A stretch of DNA of 63,743 nt, the filler included, from Octopus bimaculoides (Eukaryota), in NCBI RefSeq assembly GCF_001194135.2. It is 7 parts of 5 records of this genome, joined end to end, with 100 filler letters (N's around TTAATTAATTAA, not from the genome) between each part and the next. Parts side by side here need not be neighbours in the genome. Positions count along the whole stretch, not along the records: positions 5,619 to 19,015 come from NC_068987.1; positions 19,116 to 21,300 come from NC_068983.1; positions 21,401 to 52,398 come from NC_068984.1; 4 more parts are not named here. The stretch is one strand, 5' to 3'. Numbering within the stretch: position 1 is the first letter of the stretch; the number at the start of each line of letters is the position of its first letter. Both the position numbers and the translations under genes were made by a program. Shown here piece by piece: positions 11,850 through 23,894 of this stretch. The notes under the pieces are model-generated. The model saw only the letters and a program-made list of their open reading frames with translations, was not told where the DNA came from and ran no database searches.

Positions 11850-12235
11850 GGTGGAGGCACAATGGCCCAATGGTTAGGGCAGCGGACTCACGGTCATAGG
11901 ATCACGGTTTCGATTCCCAGACCGGGCGTTGTTAGTGTTTATTGAGCGAAAACACCTAAAGATCCACAAGGCTCCGGCAGGGGATGGTGGCGAACCCTGC
12001 TGTACTCTTTCACCACAACTTTCTCTCACTCTTACTTCCTGTTTCTGTTGTGCCTGTAATTCAAAGGGTCAGCCTTGTCACACTGTGTCACGCTGAATAT
12101 CCCTGAGAACTACGTTAAGGGTACACGTGTCTGTGGAGTGCTCAGCCACTTGCACGTTGATTTCACAAGCAGGCTGTTCTGTTGATCGCATCAACTGGAA
12201 CCCTTGACGTCGTAAGCGACGGAGTGCCAACAACA
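11850..12235 (+). mobile_element. tRNA-derived SINE family C, full length (~385 bp)
   Basis: Head GGAGGCACAATGGCCCAATGGTTAGG...GGTTTCGATTCCC and tail (CAA)n; highly similar to 17130-17440 and 40688-41075. Confidence 0.9.
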
Positions 12236-12474
12236 TTAATTGGGTGCAGGTATTTGCATGTGAGGGGTAATCTTTTTTGTTTTGTTTTCGGAAGTTTCAA
12301 CTTGTCAAGTTTGTTGTAGCTTTTATTAATTTGTCTTTTATTTATTTCCCCCCCCCCCTTTTCAAATTAAAATCTGGTTTATTTATATATTATCACTATT
12401 TTCCCATGTGAATGGCAGTAGTGAAGTGCACTGCAGATGCAGTTCATTATGCATTTATAAGTCTCAAAGTATAC

Positions 12475-12561
12475 CTTCCTTTAGGTTGGTACAATGCAGT
12501 GTAATATTTGCAGAGGTGGAAATATAACTGAACACATTGAATCTACTTAACATGGTTATCA
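12475..12561 (-). CDS. Weak candidate 87-bp exon
   Basis: Acceptor ctctctgttgcag and donor AAG|gtatac. Open phase 1-1 frame ITMLSRFNVFSYISTSANITLHCTNLKE. Not recognised. Confidence 0.2.
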
Positions 12562-13534
12562 CTGCAACAGAGAGGGTGACACGGAAAGAGAGAGAGAGAG
12601 AGTGTGTGTGTGTGCACAAGCACAGATAGGATAATATGCAATTGATAAACAAGCTTGTAGCACATATCTTGTAATTCATACTAGAGGAGTTTACTGAAGC
12701 AGATTTTCTATGGCCAGTTGCCCTTCTTGTTATCAACTCTTACCTGTATCCAAGTAAGGTAACATGACTAGACATGTTTTTGCAGAATATTGGAAGTGAA
12801 TGACATTGCTTATATGATAGTGACACTCATTTACAACTGTCACACAATGTCCAGATGAAAACACACATATATATATTATCATTTAACATCTGTTTTCCAT
12901 GCTGATATAGGTTGGACCCCCAACTCGTCAGCACTGAATATATGTATGTATGTGTGTATATATATAGGGTGTGAAGATTTTTATATATATATATATATAT
13001 ATAATATATATCTACATGCATGCATGGGTGTGTGTGCATAAATATATNNNNNNNNNNNNNNNNNNNNNNNNNNNNNNNNNNNNNNNNNNNNNNNNNNNNN
13101 NNNNNNNNNNNNNNNNNNNNNNNNNNNNNNNNNNNNNNNNNNNNNNNNNNNNNNNNNNNNNNNNNNNNNNNNNNNNNNTATGTATGTATGTATGTATGTA
13201 TGTATGTGTGTATATAGCTTCCTTTGGTTTCTGTTCACCAAATCTGCCACAAGGCTTTGGTTAACTCTGAAGATATAAAAGATGAAGACACTGGCTTAAG
13301 ACACTTGCTCAAGGTACCACACAGTGGGACTGAACCTGAAACCACATGGTTGGAAAGCAAACTTCTTAGCCACACAACCATGCCTGCACCTATAACCACA
13401 GAACAATTAGGATATTGTGTTGGTCACTGAATAACAAATCAGTAAGTTGACATCCACTGTCTAACACAACACACGTGTATTGACGTAACTTTTAATGTCA
13501 TGTCACATCTCACAATTTCCTCATCAGTCAATGC

Positions 13535-13565
<31 letters not shown>

Positions 13566-14616
13566 TCAATATCAATATCTGACTATATTTCATTTAAAAG
13601 AAAGGAATGAATTACATATGGATTTAGGAGTGAAAGAGAAAATGGAAAGAGATCATGTTTTACATATCAAACCCTTTTACATGCCAAATAAAAAAGAGCT
13701 ATTTGCAGTATATCACAAAATGCAAGTGAAATGAGGTTCATTACATGAACTTTAATATATTTATTAGCATACTTAAATCATTTTGTTCATGCTTTTCATT
13801 CTCTTTCTTTTTATATTCATCTGTCACATTATATACACAGTCATAAAACAGAGGAAATATACAGTTAATTTAATAAATATGCATACTGTACAGTAGCAGA
13901 GAGAAAATAATGCTGGCTAAGTGAGCCTAAAAATCAAACACAATCTCTCTCTCATTGCTTCATAGCTGTAAAGGGAAACACATTATCTTCATCTATCTGG
14001 TTGAATATAAATATTTCAGATGAGACTGAGTGATCAGTAGAAGTGAACATAGTCATTTTGGACATTACAAAAGGGAGCCCATAGCTACCTTCATCAAATT
14101 GAATAATTCAGTCTATATACAGTGTTTGTAGAGGTATTTCTAAGCCAAACCACCTGATAAAAATAGCTAATGCAAGCTTTGAAATCATAAATTCCTCTGA
14201 TTACCTGTATCAAATTTAATCATTCCTAAGCCACAAAGCATGAGGTGTGGGGGTGGGGTGGGGAGATTATGCTTCTGTGAAATATATGAATTCTATACTT
14301 AATAACAGGAGAATATTATTCACTGTTACTAGTAGCAAAAAGTGAATGAGTGTGAGCCAGATAGAAGATAAATGAAATTGCAGAAAGGATCTATCATTGA
14401 AGATGATGATGGCGTTGAGGGGGATATTTGTATCACCTGAGATAGGTAAGCTATAATGACATTTCTTATATACCTATGAGTCTGTGGCAGTTGGTAAAAG
14501 CAAACTGTAAGAGTGATGGAAAAATCAAGGAAAAGTAAAATGGAAGGAATGGGCTTCACACACTGCTAAGAATACACACAAAATGAATGAATGAATGAAT
14601 GAATGAATGAATGAAT

Positions 14617-14662
<46 letters not shown>

Positions 14663-15404
14663 GAGTGTGTGTGAGAAAGAGAGAGAGAGAGTTCCTGCAT
14701 GCACAAATATTTATATGCATATCTTAAAATATGTGTGTATTTATTATATAAAATCCAGAACCATTTCACTTGGTATCCATCCTTCATTCATAATACTTTC
14801 CTCACCACCAACTTTTTACATTGATCACTTCCCCTCACACTGAGCTACCAAATTATTTCTCATTCCCCTCCACAGTACATCTCTCACTCTTCCCATGCAT
14901 TATGCCTGCCTCTCCCCAATACTCATCCTCTTTCTCTCTACACACACAACTCATATGTATCATTGGTCACCCCAACCACTTATCCACCACAGACTATATA
15001 CGTTACATCCCTCCTTCAACCCTACCCACTCAGTATAGTTTTCACCTACTCTTCCCTACTTATCATTCCTCAATACTTGCCCTTCGTTCATGATATTCCT
15101 CATCTCTAATCATTGCTCACTCTTCCATACACTCTCACAAACCCTGTCCGTCCTCACTGCCCATCCTGTCCACACTAATTTCTACATACCTTGTGCCTAG
15201 AGGGGGTCATACTGACACCTCATTATCACCAGTTTTATCTCTTTCTTCTCTTGCATCATGTGACTAGCCATATAGCCCCTCCACAGTAAGAAACATGTTC
15301 TGTCCTGATCCCCTACTCTCATAGTTTAACTCCTAATCTCCAAGCATGAAACCACCTCCCTCTCTACAGTAACTTCACTCAGCTGCAGGAAATATTAATC
15401 TTGC

Positions 15405-15780
15405 AAATTGCATGGTGATCTCACTAGTGTTGATACGACATAAAAAATACCTGTAAAGTGATTGGCATTAGGAACGGTATCCAGCCATTGAAACCAGACC
15501 AAAGCAGATACCGGAGCACAATGCAGTCGTCAGACCCAATGGATCCTGTCAAACCATCCAACCCAAGTAAATCCCAAGCTGCATGGTGACCTCACTAGTG
15601 CTACTATCATGAAAAAAAGTACCCAATACAGGCTATAAAAATGGTTGGCATTAGGAAGGCTGTCCAGCCATAGAAACCATCCCAAAGCAGACATTGGAGT
15701 ACAGTCTAATCTTCAGACCCAATGGATCCTGTCAAACTATTCAACCCATGCAAGCATGAAAGATGTAAGTGATGATGATA
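15405..15780 (+). mobile_element. Two tandem decayed family D-related SINE fragments
   Basis: GCATGGTGAyCTCACTAGTG...CAGACCCAATGGATCCTGTCAAAC occurs twice; ends (GAT)n. Confidence 0.7.
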
Positions 15781-17129
15781 TTGGTGGTGGTGGTGGTGGT
15801 AGTGTTTCCTTGAAAAACTCGGATCTCTAGAACAAATACTCCCTCTCTCTCTCTCTCTCCCCTTTTTATTTTTCAAATGTTTCCACACCAATTATTAACA
15901 TTTGAATTAACAGCTGAAGCATATCGTCAAACTATTTCTCTCTATCAGTGAGGGGAACTGTTTCACTATCCATGAACACAAAGTTGCATAGTTGTAGCAC
16001 CCCCCCACCCCACAGACATACACATTTATACTGTAAATTAATCAATATCACTGTGTTCAAGCCCATCTGAAATTGTTAAACCCGGAAGGTGTATATATAT
16101 ATGTGTGTGGGCACATGGTTGTATACAATGAAGCTTGAAGTTCCTTTCAGCCAAAACATTTCATTAACGAAAATGAATGAATGCATGAATACATAAGCAA
16201 CTAATGATGATAATGTTGATGATGATGATGATGTGAAGGAAGAGAAAGAGGGTGATGGTGGTGGTGGTTATGATGATGATGATGATGACGACAATTTCTT
16301 TCACAGTAATGATTTATATAATAATATCGATAACAATATTGATCTGGAAATGTCAATAAGTAAAGTGTGCCACTCATCTCACTAATAGTGATCTATATAA
16401 TATAATCAATAATCTCATGACTTTTCACCTATATTCTATTTCCTTGTATTTCGAGGGATAGTTTGAAACAAAAGGCAATACAGACACACACATGTATACA
16501 CACACGACTGCATGCAAACACACACATACACACACACAAACACCTACACACAGTGTATTCAACCACTACTCTTCTATCTCTTTCTCTTTCATTGTCCCTT
16601 CTCTACAACCCCAACCCCACCTGTGATACTTCCCCTGCATTCATAATCTGTTCTCCCTTCCCATTTCCAGGGTCCCTTCCAGCCTCTCTTTCTTTCACTA
16701 CTTTCACTGCATTCACCTACCGTTCTCCCCCACACCTTATCTCTGTNNNNNNNNNNNNNNNNNNNNNNNNNNNNNNNNNNNNNNNNNNNNNNNNNNNNNN
16801 NNNNNNNNNNNNNNNNNNNNNNNNNNNNNNNNNNNNNNNNNNNNNNNNNNNNNNNNNNNNNNNNNNNNNNNNNNNNNNNNNNNNNNNNNNNNNNNNNNNN
16901 NNNNNNNNNNNNNNNNNNNNNNNNNNNNNNNNNNNNNNNNNNNNNNNNNNNNNNNNNNNNNNNNNNNNNNNNNNNNNNNNNNNNNNNNNNNNNNNNNNNN
17001 NNNNNNNNNNNNNNNNNNNNNNNNNNNNNNNNNNNNNNNNNNNNNNNNNNNNNNNNNNNNNNNNNNNNNNNNNNNNNNNNNNNNNNNNNNNNNNNNNNNN
17101 NNNNNNNNNNNNNNNNNNNNNNNNNNNNN

Positions 17130-17440
17130 GTTGTGAGTGTTTATTGAGCGAAAACACCTAAAGCTCCATGAGGCTCCGGCAGGGGATGGTGGCGAACCCT
17201 GCTGCACTCTTTCACCATAACTTTCTCTCACTCTTACTTCCCGTTTCTGTTGTGCCTGTGATTCAAAGGGTCAGCCTTGTCACACTGTGTCACGCTGAAT
17301 ATCCCCGAGAACTACGTTAAGGGTACACGTGCCTGTGGAGTGCTCAGCCACTTGCACGTTAATTTCACGAGTAGGCTGTTCCGTTGATCGGATCAACTGA
17401 AACCCTCGACGTCGTAAGCAACTGAGTGCCAACAACAACA
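17130..17440 (+). mobile_element. SINE family C, head lost in gap
   Basis: Highly similar to 11925-12235. Confidence 0.9.
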
Positions 17441-18051
17441 AATGTGGAAGAGCACTGGATCCGTTCCCTAATCAACACACCTCATCACCCTTCTATATCC
17501 CTCCCTTTCTCCCTAACTACTGGTACTAAACCCTTCCCCTTTTCTTCTGCTCGTTCCATACACCCACCCCCAACCATGTCAACTCTGTTACTCACTCCAC
17601 CACCACCCTCTCATGACCATAAATCTGTTCCTTGCATCAGACTTCACCCTCTCTCATCACCTCACCTACAATCAGTATGTTCTCTTTCCTATTCTCCTCT
17701 CAGTCATGTGAGACCTTTAGGGTCTTCAGTCTTCAAAGTTTCACAGCAACTTCACTGATGCTGGATCCACAAAAAAAAAAAGCACCCAAGGGCAGCCCAA
17801 CCATAGAAATCATGCCAAAATAAAGGGAGTGAAGCACAATGTGGTCTCCAACTCATAGGAACCTGTCAGACTTAGTGGTTACGGTGTTGGAGTCTAGTTG
17901 CGAAAGAACTAAAAAGTTTTAGTTCTTTCACAACTAGACTCAACAACAACTGGTTTTTTTTTTTTTTGAGTATGCTCATGATCTTCCATAAGGATAAAAT
18001 ATGTATATCTGGATATGTTATTTGCTACTTCCTCCAACATGTCTTATGTAA

Positions 18052-18215
18052 CATCATCGTTTAACGTCCGCTTTCCATGCTAGCATGGGTTGGACGATTT
18101 GACTGAGGACTGGTGAAACCAGATAGCTACACCAGGCCCCAATCTGATTTGGCAGAGTTTCTACAGCTGGATGCCCTTCCTAACTCCAACCATGCCCAGA
18201 GTGTAGTGGGTGCTT
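18052..18215 (-). mobile_element. SINE family D 3' fragment
   Basis: Reverse complement of the tail at 7919-8069. Confidence 0.8.
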
Positions 18216-18334
18216 GTAACAATAATAATAATTTTTTGATGCATTTATAAGGATAAAATATTTATATATTCTAACCGGATATTAGAGGGATGTGAGTTCA
18301 ATCCTCATGGCTGGCTGCCGACAAAAATTTAGGC

Positions 18335-18500
18335 GTAGGAGTCGCTGTGTGGTAAGTAGCTTGCTTACGAACAACATGGTTCCGGGTTCAGTCCCACTGC
18401 GTGGCACCTTGGGCAAGTGTCTTCTACTAAAGCCTCGGGCTGACCAAAGCCTTGTGAGTGGATTTGGTAGACGGAAACTGAAAGAAGCCTGTCGTATATA

Positions 18501-18531
<31 letters not shown>

Positions 18532-18741
18532 TTGTTTGTTTGTCTGTGTTTGTCCCCCCACCATCGCTTGACAACTGATGGTGGTGTGTTTATGTCCCCG
18601 TAACTTAGCGGTTCGGCAAAAGAACCGATAGAATAAGTACTAGGCTTACAATAAGTCCTGGGGTCGGTTTGCTCGACTAAAGGCAGTGCTCCAGCATGGC
18701 CACAGTCAAATGACTGAAACAAGTAAAAGAGTAAAAGAGTA
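18335..18741 (+). mobile_element. SINE family B, full length
   Basis: tRNA-like head (GTGTGGTAAG...GGGTTCAGTCCC), CORE-like GGCACCTTGGGCAAGTGTCTT, internal (GT)n and (AAGAGTA)n tail. Confidence 0.9.
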
Positions 18742-19115
18742 TATCCGAATATGTTATTTGCTACTTCCTCCATTAAGCCTTCTGTAACAATAATAATAAT
18801 AATAATTTTTTGTTGCATTCTTTTTCTGCACTGAGGAGAACAGTAATATATAGCTATATACATGTTAATATTGCTGTTCAAAATGGTCGTATGCATGTAT
18901 TAAAATTCTTTTTTTAAAAAAACATCTCTTCTCCATATTTAACAGTCTGTTGAGTTTCTATGGGGGTACTTTTCCATAAATTCTCATCTCATACTTTATA
19001 TATATATATATATATNNNNNNNNNNNNNNNNNNNNNNNNNNNNNNNNNNNNNNNNNNNNTTAATTAATTAANNNNNNNNNNNNNNNNNNNNNNNNNNNNN
19101 NNNNNNNNNNNNNNN

Positions 19116-19560
19116 GAAGGGCATCCAGCTGTAGAAACTCTGCCAAATCAGACTGGAGCCTGGTGTTGCCATCCGGTTTCACCAGTCCTCAGTCAAATCG
19201 TCCAACCCATGCTAGCATGGAAAGCGGACGTTAAACGATGATGATGATGATGATGATATATATATCATCATCATCATCATTTTACGTCCGCTTTCTATGC
19301 TAGCATGGGTTGGATGATTCGGCTGAGGACTGGTGAACCAGATGGCTAAACCAGACTCCAATCTGATTTGGCAGAGTTTCTACAGCTGGATGCCCTTCCT
19401 AACGCCAACCACTCCGAGAGTGTAGCAGGTGCTTTTACGTGCCACCGGCACGAAGGCCAGTCAGGCGGTACTGGCAACGGCCATGCTCAAAATGGTGTAT
19501 TTTATGTGCCACGCACACAAGAGCCAGTTCAGGTGCACTGGCAACGATCTCGCTCCACTC
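19116..19560. mobile_element. Two family D SINEs tail-to-tail (+ at 19116-19258, - at 19266-19560)
   Basis: (GAT)n ATATATAT (CAT)n junction; the arms are reverse complements. Confidence 0.85.
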
Positions 19561-20464
19561 TCTTTATACACACATATATGTTTATTTCATATGATAATGC
19601 TACGACAGAACCATTTAACCTCAACTGGCCTTGCTCTCTTCAACATCGTGCCAGCTCACTTAAAGGAGGAAAGTGATTTCACGGCATTCAACAGGTTCCT
19701 AGATGATTACCTCCAACAAATACCAGACAAACCACCCACACCTGGATATGTCTTTAGAAACAATAACTTTCTGTTCGAATGCCAAGCGTTGTTTTAAGCT
19801 AAACAAAAGAGCCTTGTACTTCATTAATGAGAATCTTTAATACTGGAAAGGGAAAAAACATTTTAATATCCTGAAGAAACATAAACCCTTTGAGCACCAA
19901 GATGCAACAGCAGATGTTGATAACATCAAATATCTGTGGAAGACATCACATTACCAGTAGTTGCCCAACTATGACATCACCGTATAACCTCAAGATGCAT
20001 TGTACTACTGTTGCTAAAACAATATAGATTTTTATTTATTTATTTATTACCCACAGGGGGCTAAACATAGATGGGACAAACAAAGACAGACAAGGGGATT
20101 AAGTCGATTACATCGATCCCAGTGATTAACTGGTACTTATTTAATCGACCACGAAAGGATGAAAGGCAAAGTCGACCTCAGCGGAATTTGAACTCAGAAC
20201 GTTATGGCAGATGAAATACCCCTAAGCATTTCACCCGAAATTGCAATCCTCAGAGTTCAGTCATGCAACTTACATGGCTACCTCATCTGTGCTGGTACCA
20301 TAAAAAAAAATCACTCATGGAAAAGTTGTTGGTGTTAGGAAGGGCATCCGGCTGCAGAAATCATGCCAAAGTAGACACTAGAATACGATGCTGTCCTTGG
20401 ATGCAGTGGGTGCTGTCAAACTGTCCAACCCATGCCAGCTTGGAAAATGGACATTAAATGATGG

Positions 20465-20860
20465 TGGTTGTGTGGTAAGAAGCTTGCTTCCCAACCATAT
20501 TGTTCTGGGCTCAGTTCTGCTGTGTGGCACCTTGGGCAAATGTCTTTTACAATAGCCTTAGGTAGACAAAAGCCTTATAAGTGGGTTTGATAGACAGAAA
20601 CTGAAAGAAACCCATCATATGTGTGTGTGTGTGTGTTTATCTTTGTGTCTGTGTTTGTCATTCACACAGCTTGACAACTGGTGTTGGTTTGTCTGCATCC
20701 CATAATTTAGTGGTCAGACAAAAGAGACCAATAGAATAAGAACCAGGCTTAAAACAAAAATAATGTACTGGGGAGGATTCACTTGATTAAAATTCTTCAG
20801 AGTGGTGCTCCAGCATGGCAACTGTCTAATGACTGAAACAAGTAAAAGATAGAAGATATA
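20465..20860 (+). mobile_element. SINE family B, CpG-decayed
   Basis: Aligns by eye to 18335-18741. Confidence 0.8.
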
Positions 20861-21010
20861 AGTCTTTCTCCTTACCTTAGTAGTAATATATATATATATT
20901 TACTCAAATTAAATTCTTATTGTTATTTATCATCATCAAATTGAGTTTCTTGAGAAATGTCTTCATTCTAAGACAGCAAGAACATTTGTCAAGACTGGAA
21001 AAAAGTAAAG

Positions 21011-21045
<35 letters not shown>

Positions 21046-21053
21046 TGTATGTA

Positions 21054-21096
<43 letters not shown>

Positions 21097-21400
21097 TTAG
21101 GTATGTGTCCGTGTATGTGTGTCTTGATGTCTGTGTTTGTGACAAAAGAATATAAAAATCTGTTTGCTTCCTTTTTTCAGGTGAATTTCGCAGTCTTCAT
21201 TTGTTTTAAAAATTCAATTATTTAACAATGAAATTAACAGACTTTACCATTTTCCTTGATACAAAAGCTAACAAAAAAAAAACGAACAAACGAAAAGCAA
21301 NNNNNNNNNNNNNNNNNNNNNNNNNNNNNNNNNNNNNNNNNNNNTTAATTAATTAANNNNNNNNNNNNNNNNNNNNNNNNNNNNNNNNNNNNNNNNNNNN

Positions 21401-21675
21401 AAGAGTGGAGGGGAGTTGAGCCCATGTGCCGCAAAGGAGCGAAGATAGAAGATTAATCCATGTTCACGGCGCAAACGGTAGTCCGGATGGCCCCTGTACA
21501 TGGACAATCCAAACACAGACAGGTGTTGCCGCAAGGAGTGGCCGGCAGAACGGAAGTGGCGTGACACCGGGGTGTCATTGCCGACGTTGATATCTCGGAG
21601 GTGTTCCGCGAATCGGTCGGCCAGGCGGCGCCCCGTTTGTCCGATGTACAGGGATTGGCAGAGAGAGCAGGAGAC
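21401..21675 (-). mobile_element. Penelope-like element GIY-YIG endonuclease fragment, young and GC-rich
   Basis: SCSLCQSLYIGQTGRRLADRFAEHLRDI...RLRREHGLIFYLRSFAAHGLN matches the PLE YIG-T-R-RF-EH pattern. No stops before the gap. Confidence 0.9.
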
Positions 21676-21736
21676 GCTATGATTGTTTCGAGGCAACGTA
21701 GTTATCCAAGAATACAGGTTATGTTTCCTCAGGCGT
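21674..21736 (-). ncRNA. Degenerate hammerhead ribozyme at a PLE junction
   Basis: Minus strand ACGC CTGAGGA [stem with TACGTTGCCTC] GAAA CAATCA TA GCGT. Two G-to-A changes separate it from GAAACGATCGTA. Confidence 0.4.
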
Positions 21737-22120
21737 TATACGAATGTTGTCTCCGTTAGTTTAAAAGCGTCGGCTTGAATTTAGTAGCAGCTGAAAGACC
21801 CATTGTGCGTATCGTGAGATCACTGTCTGTATGTATAGAGTGTTTGAAATGGTGTACAGATATTGTAAGTTGAGAAAAATGAGGCAGTCATAATTTTAGA
21901 TAATTCTTCATTAGCGCTTTCTTTCGTTTATCGAACTCGTCAAGACAAAATAAGAACGGTAAGAACGGGACGTTTCCTTTTTCATATTACCGTTTATGTA
22001 AGTTGCTTGACCACCTGGAATATAATGGTCATTTAAATTTCTTCCAAAATCGGATACCAACAATGTTTACTAAATGTATGTGTGCTTGCTTTATATATGC
22101 AGTTGTGTTATCCCTATAAT

Positions 22121-22934
22121 TACGAGATGGTATCAAAAAGTTGCCGGACTACGTATATACTGTGCTAACAGATGGCATCGCACGGCTGCGTGTGCAGTAA
22201 GTGTTAGCAGTTGTGTTCATGAGGCAATGTGCCAAGTGCCATTGTAGTGTTTACCTCGCAACTTGTGAAAGTTGCTTTTGCAATCAGGTGTCTGCTGGTA
22301 TTCTGCGATTTTTAACATGGGCAGGAAGCTGGAAGTTTTGTGTTAAACTTGTGAAGTCAGCTACAAAAACATTTTAGCATGCGTTGGAAAGCTTACGGCG
22401 ACCAGACAATGAGTCGTACGCAGTGTTGCAAATAGCGCGCGCGCTTCAAAAGTGTAAGAACGTCCCAGAGAGACGATGAGCGACCTGGAAGGACGGCCTC
22501 GATAGTCATTAACGAAAACGTGGAGAAAGTTAATCAGCTTGTGCATGAGGATCGTCGGAGGATTTCATAGACCTCTGTGAAGGCAATCCTAACGGCTATA
22601 TTCTTCATGATGACAATGCTCACTGTCACCAGGCTCTCCTCACTCATGAGTATGGCCACGAACAACTATTCGCTAGGATTAGCACCCACGGACTTTCATC
22701 TCTCCGCTAAAATGAAAATGCAGCTCAAAGGCCGCTGTTTTAACACCGATGTCGAGATCAAGAGCGAATTGTAGGAGGCCTTCGACTCTCTAACGGAAAA
22801 CGGCTTCTCGGCCGGACTCCAATGTGACAGGAACGCTGGGGCCTATTTCGAAGGAGAAGACGTTAAAACTTAAGTAATTTTTTTTTTTTTTGTTAAACAT
22901 AACTAGTCCTGGAAATCTTTGATACCACATCGTA
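22121..22934 (+). mobile_element. Internally deleted mariner (DD34D-type) transposon
   Basis: TA-flanked TIRs CGAGATGGTATCAAAAAGTTGCCGGACT / AGTCCTGGAAATCTTTGATACCACATCG. Remnants DDERPGR...ENVEKVNQLVHEDRR and YSLGLAPTDFHL...LKGRCF. Confidence 0.9.
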
Positions 22935-23632
22935 CATATTTCTTAACACTATCTTATTTCGTACTAATATTATTTTTATTTTCGATTAGTTTCACCAATA
23001 CATTCCAATGTTTTCCCATGAATAACACAAACTAGCATTGTTCTTCCTTTATTTCATCCTAATTTTTTACTTTCATTTGTTTTTACTTTGAATTTATTTT
23101 TCGTCTTCTGGATATTCATTCCTACATTTCATAAACAAAATATCTATAAATCTTTCTCTAGATTTATTTTTATCTCTCTACTATTTTTAACTCTAGAATA
23201 TTAACGATAACTGTAGATCTTCCATCTATATCAAACTATATATAACATTTTCTTCCACTACTGTAATTCACTGTTTACTTTTTAATATTTTGCTAAATCT
23301 CTGGCCTCCCTCCTATAGTAAAACGCTTTATTAATTGTATTACTTATTGCCTACCATATATCAATATTTTTAAAGTTGACTCAGCGTTTGTTGAAAAAAT
23401 ATATCGTGTTGAAAGTAATTATAATATTCTTTGACCTGATGAGCAAGCACCTTTACCTGTATTAGGCTTACGAATTATAGAACTCTGTTATATAATTCAT
23501 ACTATATACTTTCATACAGGCAATATAAAATAATTCATTTCATACAGTTCTATATTTAAGAGATGAGGGATTATGTACATTATTTACATTATTTATATTT
23601 GACGGATAGTTGTCCTCATCTTGTTGTTTGTT

Positions 23633-23678
23633 AACACAACGTTTCAGTTGATAAACCCTCCAGCCTTCATCAGGTGTC
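23633..23678 (-). ncRNA. Minimal type I hammerhead ribozyme
   Basis: Minus strand GACAC CTGATGA AGGCTG-gagggtttat-CAACT GAAA CG TT GTGTT. Core intact; stem I GACAC/GTGTT; palindromic AACGTT stem III. Confidence 0.7.
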
Positions 23679-23696
23679 TTGAGGAATTTCGCATAC

Positions 23697-23725
23697 ATTA
23701 TTATTATTATCATTATTATTATTAT

Positions 23726-23784
<59 letters not shown>

Positions 23785-23799
23785 TTATTATTATTATTA
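23697..23799. repeat. Compound (ATT)n(ACT)n(ATT)n microsatellite between inverted hammerhead arms
   Basis: Direct. Confidence 0.95.
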
Positions 23800-23847
23800 T
23801 GTCGAAAAATACCTTAGAAATGAGAACCCAGGTTCGAAATTTTCCCA

Positions 23848-23894
23848 AGAAACCTGATGAAGGCTGGAGAGTATATCAGCCGAAATGTTCTGTT
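23848..23894 (+). ncRNA. Minimal type I hammerhead ribozyme, second inverted copy
   Basis: AGAAAC CTGATGA AGGCTG-gagagtatat-CAGCC GAAA TG TT CTGTT. Stem II perfect; stems I and III mutated. Confidence 0.6.

Noticed and set aside
11850-11930. tRNA-like heads of SINE families A, B and C
   Set aside because: They continue into SINE bodies and lack a full cloverleaf; not tRNA genes.
10783-21225. Scattered plus-strand exon candidates (VVDVVLGYLQS near 10783, EAYRQTISLY near 15913, strong acceptor at 21180)
   Set aside because: Short and unrecognised, and such candidates are expected by chance in AT-rich DNA; needs RNA evidence.
23433-23495. CTGATGA GCAAGC...GCTTAC GAAT, and a similar CTAATGA...GAAA motif at about 24075-24113
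   Set aside because: Catalytic core and stems I/III are too degenerate to call.
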